NCBI RefSeq assembly: GCF_964213995.1
Contig: NC_135808.1
Location: 35,154,001 to 35,218,000 of the forward strand
DNA length: 64,000 bases
Reading direction: 5' to 3'
Source of the DNA: Mustelus asterias
Taxonomy: Eukaryota
Shown: one piece after another, positions 62,590 to 64,000 of the stretch
How the letters are laid out: each line of letters opens with the position of its first letter
Numbering within the stretch: position 1 is the first letter of the stretch
The notes under the pieces: model-generated
What the model was told of the DNA's origin: nothing
What the model saw: only the letters and a program-made list of their open reading frames with translations
Databases searched by the model: none
Program-made: the position numbers and the translations under genes

Positions 62590-63157
62590 GAAATCTCTGT
62601 CAAACATTTACCAGGGGAACTGAGACAGCAGCTGCAATAAGTGAGGTTTTATTCAGATGGGACAATGACAAGTTTAAATCACCACCTGATCTGTTGCTCA
62701 AAGTCGCCTCCGTTTCACCGGTCAGTTTCCCAAGCTTCAGGAAACTCATGTTACTCCAGAAATATTTGGATTGGCTGTGAGAGACGTCAATCAGAGAGCT
62801 CACCCACTCTGCCCATTCTCTCCTCTTCCTCTTTCACAGCTGCTTCACTTCCTGTAGGGACTGAAAACCAAGTGAGGAGATGGTGAGTGAAGGAGCAGAA
62901 TTTATAATAATTACACTGCATAATATCCACACTAATGTTCAGGCAGTCTGACTATCCTGTGGGGAATCAGGTGTGGAAATGCTCCTTATGCTGTGTGAGA
63001 AGATCCAGCTGAGAGACCTGTTTACTCGTGCTTTGTGCTGATTGGAGCTGTGTGTTGGATATTGAGTGTGTTTATTGGAAGCATTTCCCTCCTGATTTAC
63101 AGGCTGAGTTTTGTTGATGGGTCATTGCTGAATATGAGAAGGTGAGGTGTAATTATC
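62590..63157 (+). promoter_or_regulatory. ZNF promoter/first-exon module, copy E
   Basis: ATG|gtgagt at 62882/62883; micro-exon 63103-63141. Confidence 0.72.
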
Positions 63158-63818
63158 AGGCAGAGACACATTCATTGAAACGTCTTTTAATATCTCCATT
63201 AAAGATTTTACCTGAAGGTCTCGGCCTTTCCCAAAAGCCTGAGCTTGGATTGGATAGTTTTACCCAGTGCTGTGTCTGATAGCTGAATTTGGGGTGTGCA
63301 GTCTGAGTGAATGCAGTGTATCTAATTTCCCAGGGGCATGACAAACTATCTAATAGCTGTGGAAGTCTGTAACTGAGGAGTCAACTCCCTCAGCAATGCA
63401 GGAGAGTGAGTTGGAGGAAATCATGTTTCCTTTCCTGTTTTACAGAAGGACTTCACTGTACTGCACCAGAGAATATAGAGGATAGACACCACAGATCCTG
63501 ACCATCACCCAAGGAACAACTGCACAACTGTGGGAAGACATCCAGTCCCTTCACAGCCTTGCTCAACACAGAGAAGGTGGGCAGTGAAATCATCAACTGG
63601 AAATCGGTCGGGTCAGGGGAGCTTTGACATTTCATCAGATCTGAAACTGGTCAGTGGTGTGGAACCTTCTGTCATTTTTCAAACTTCATGAACCACTGAC
63701 TCATCCCTACAGGTGAGAGGTTGTTCAGTTCTGCAGTCTGTGAGGAGGACTTGTCAAGTTCAAAGATCTCCAGTCAAGGAAGGTGCATTTGTTGTGCGGT
63801 TTACTAAAGGGCAGCCAC

Positions 63819-64000
63819 ATGGAAGGGAAACGTTTTAAGTGTGAGGTTTGTAATAAAGTTTTTGTGACGTCTACAAGACTGCTCATACACCAGAGGATTC
63901 ACACAGGTGAGAAACCTTTCAGGTGTGAGGTTTGTGAGAAAGCTTTCTCCCAATCCTCCCATCTTCTGTCACACCAGTCGAGTCACACAGGAGAGAAACC
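63819..64000 (+). CDS. C2H2 zinc-finger protein E (5' part, runs off the window)
   Basis: gcagccacATG [60 protein letters not shown]; acceptor at 63445/63446. Confidence 0.85.
   Translation, partial: MEGKRFKCEVCNKVFVTSTRLLIHQRIHTGEKPFRCEVCEKAFSQSSHLLSHQSSHTGEK

Overview
Repeat-rich vertebrate DNA, almost certainly from a shark. It carries HE1-type SINEs, HER1/CR1 LINEs, DeuSINE/SacSINE1-like relics and Rex1/Babar LINEs. The host genes are a tandem cluster of five paralogous C2H2 zinc-finger (ZNF) genes: three intact, one running off the right edge, and one partly decayed. They encode only 'ME(E/K/D/G)K' plus a finger array, with no effector domain. Four share a highly conserved promoter, first exon and 39-nt micro-exon module. 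The most striking element, 36123-43070, is a provirus with both LTRs and an ATGT target-site duplication (TSD). It has a tRNA-Arg primer-binding site (PBS), a polypurine tract (PPT), a decayed gag with two CCHC knuckles and a decayed class-I fusion (F-like) env, but no visible pol. It resembles a non-autonomous lokiretrovirus-like or env-bearing Gypsy element. Also present are Penelope-type fragments with minimal hammerhead ribozymes, three solo LTRs, Gypsy pol relics, a 169-bp-arm fold-back and a tRNA-Arg(CCT) relic. All alignments, translations and counts were done by eye. Family names come from motif recognition, not database searches.
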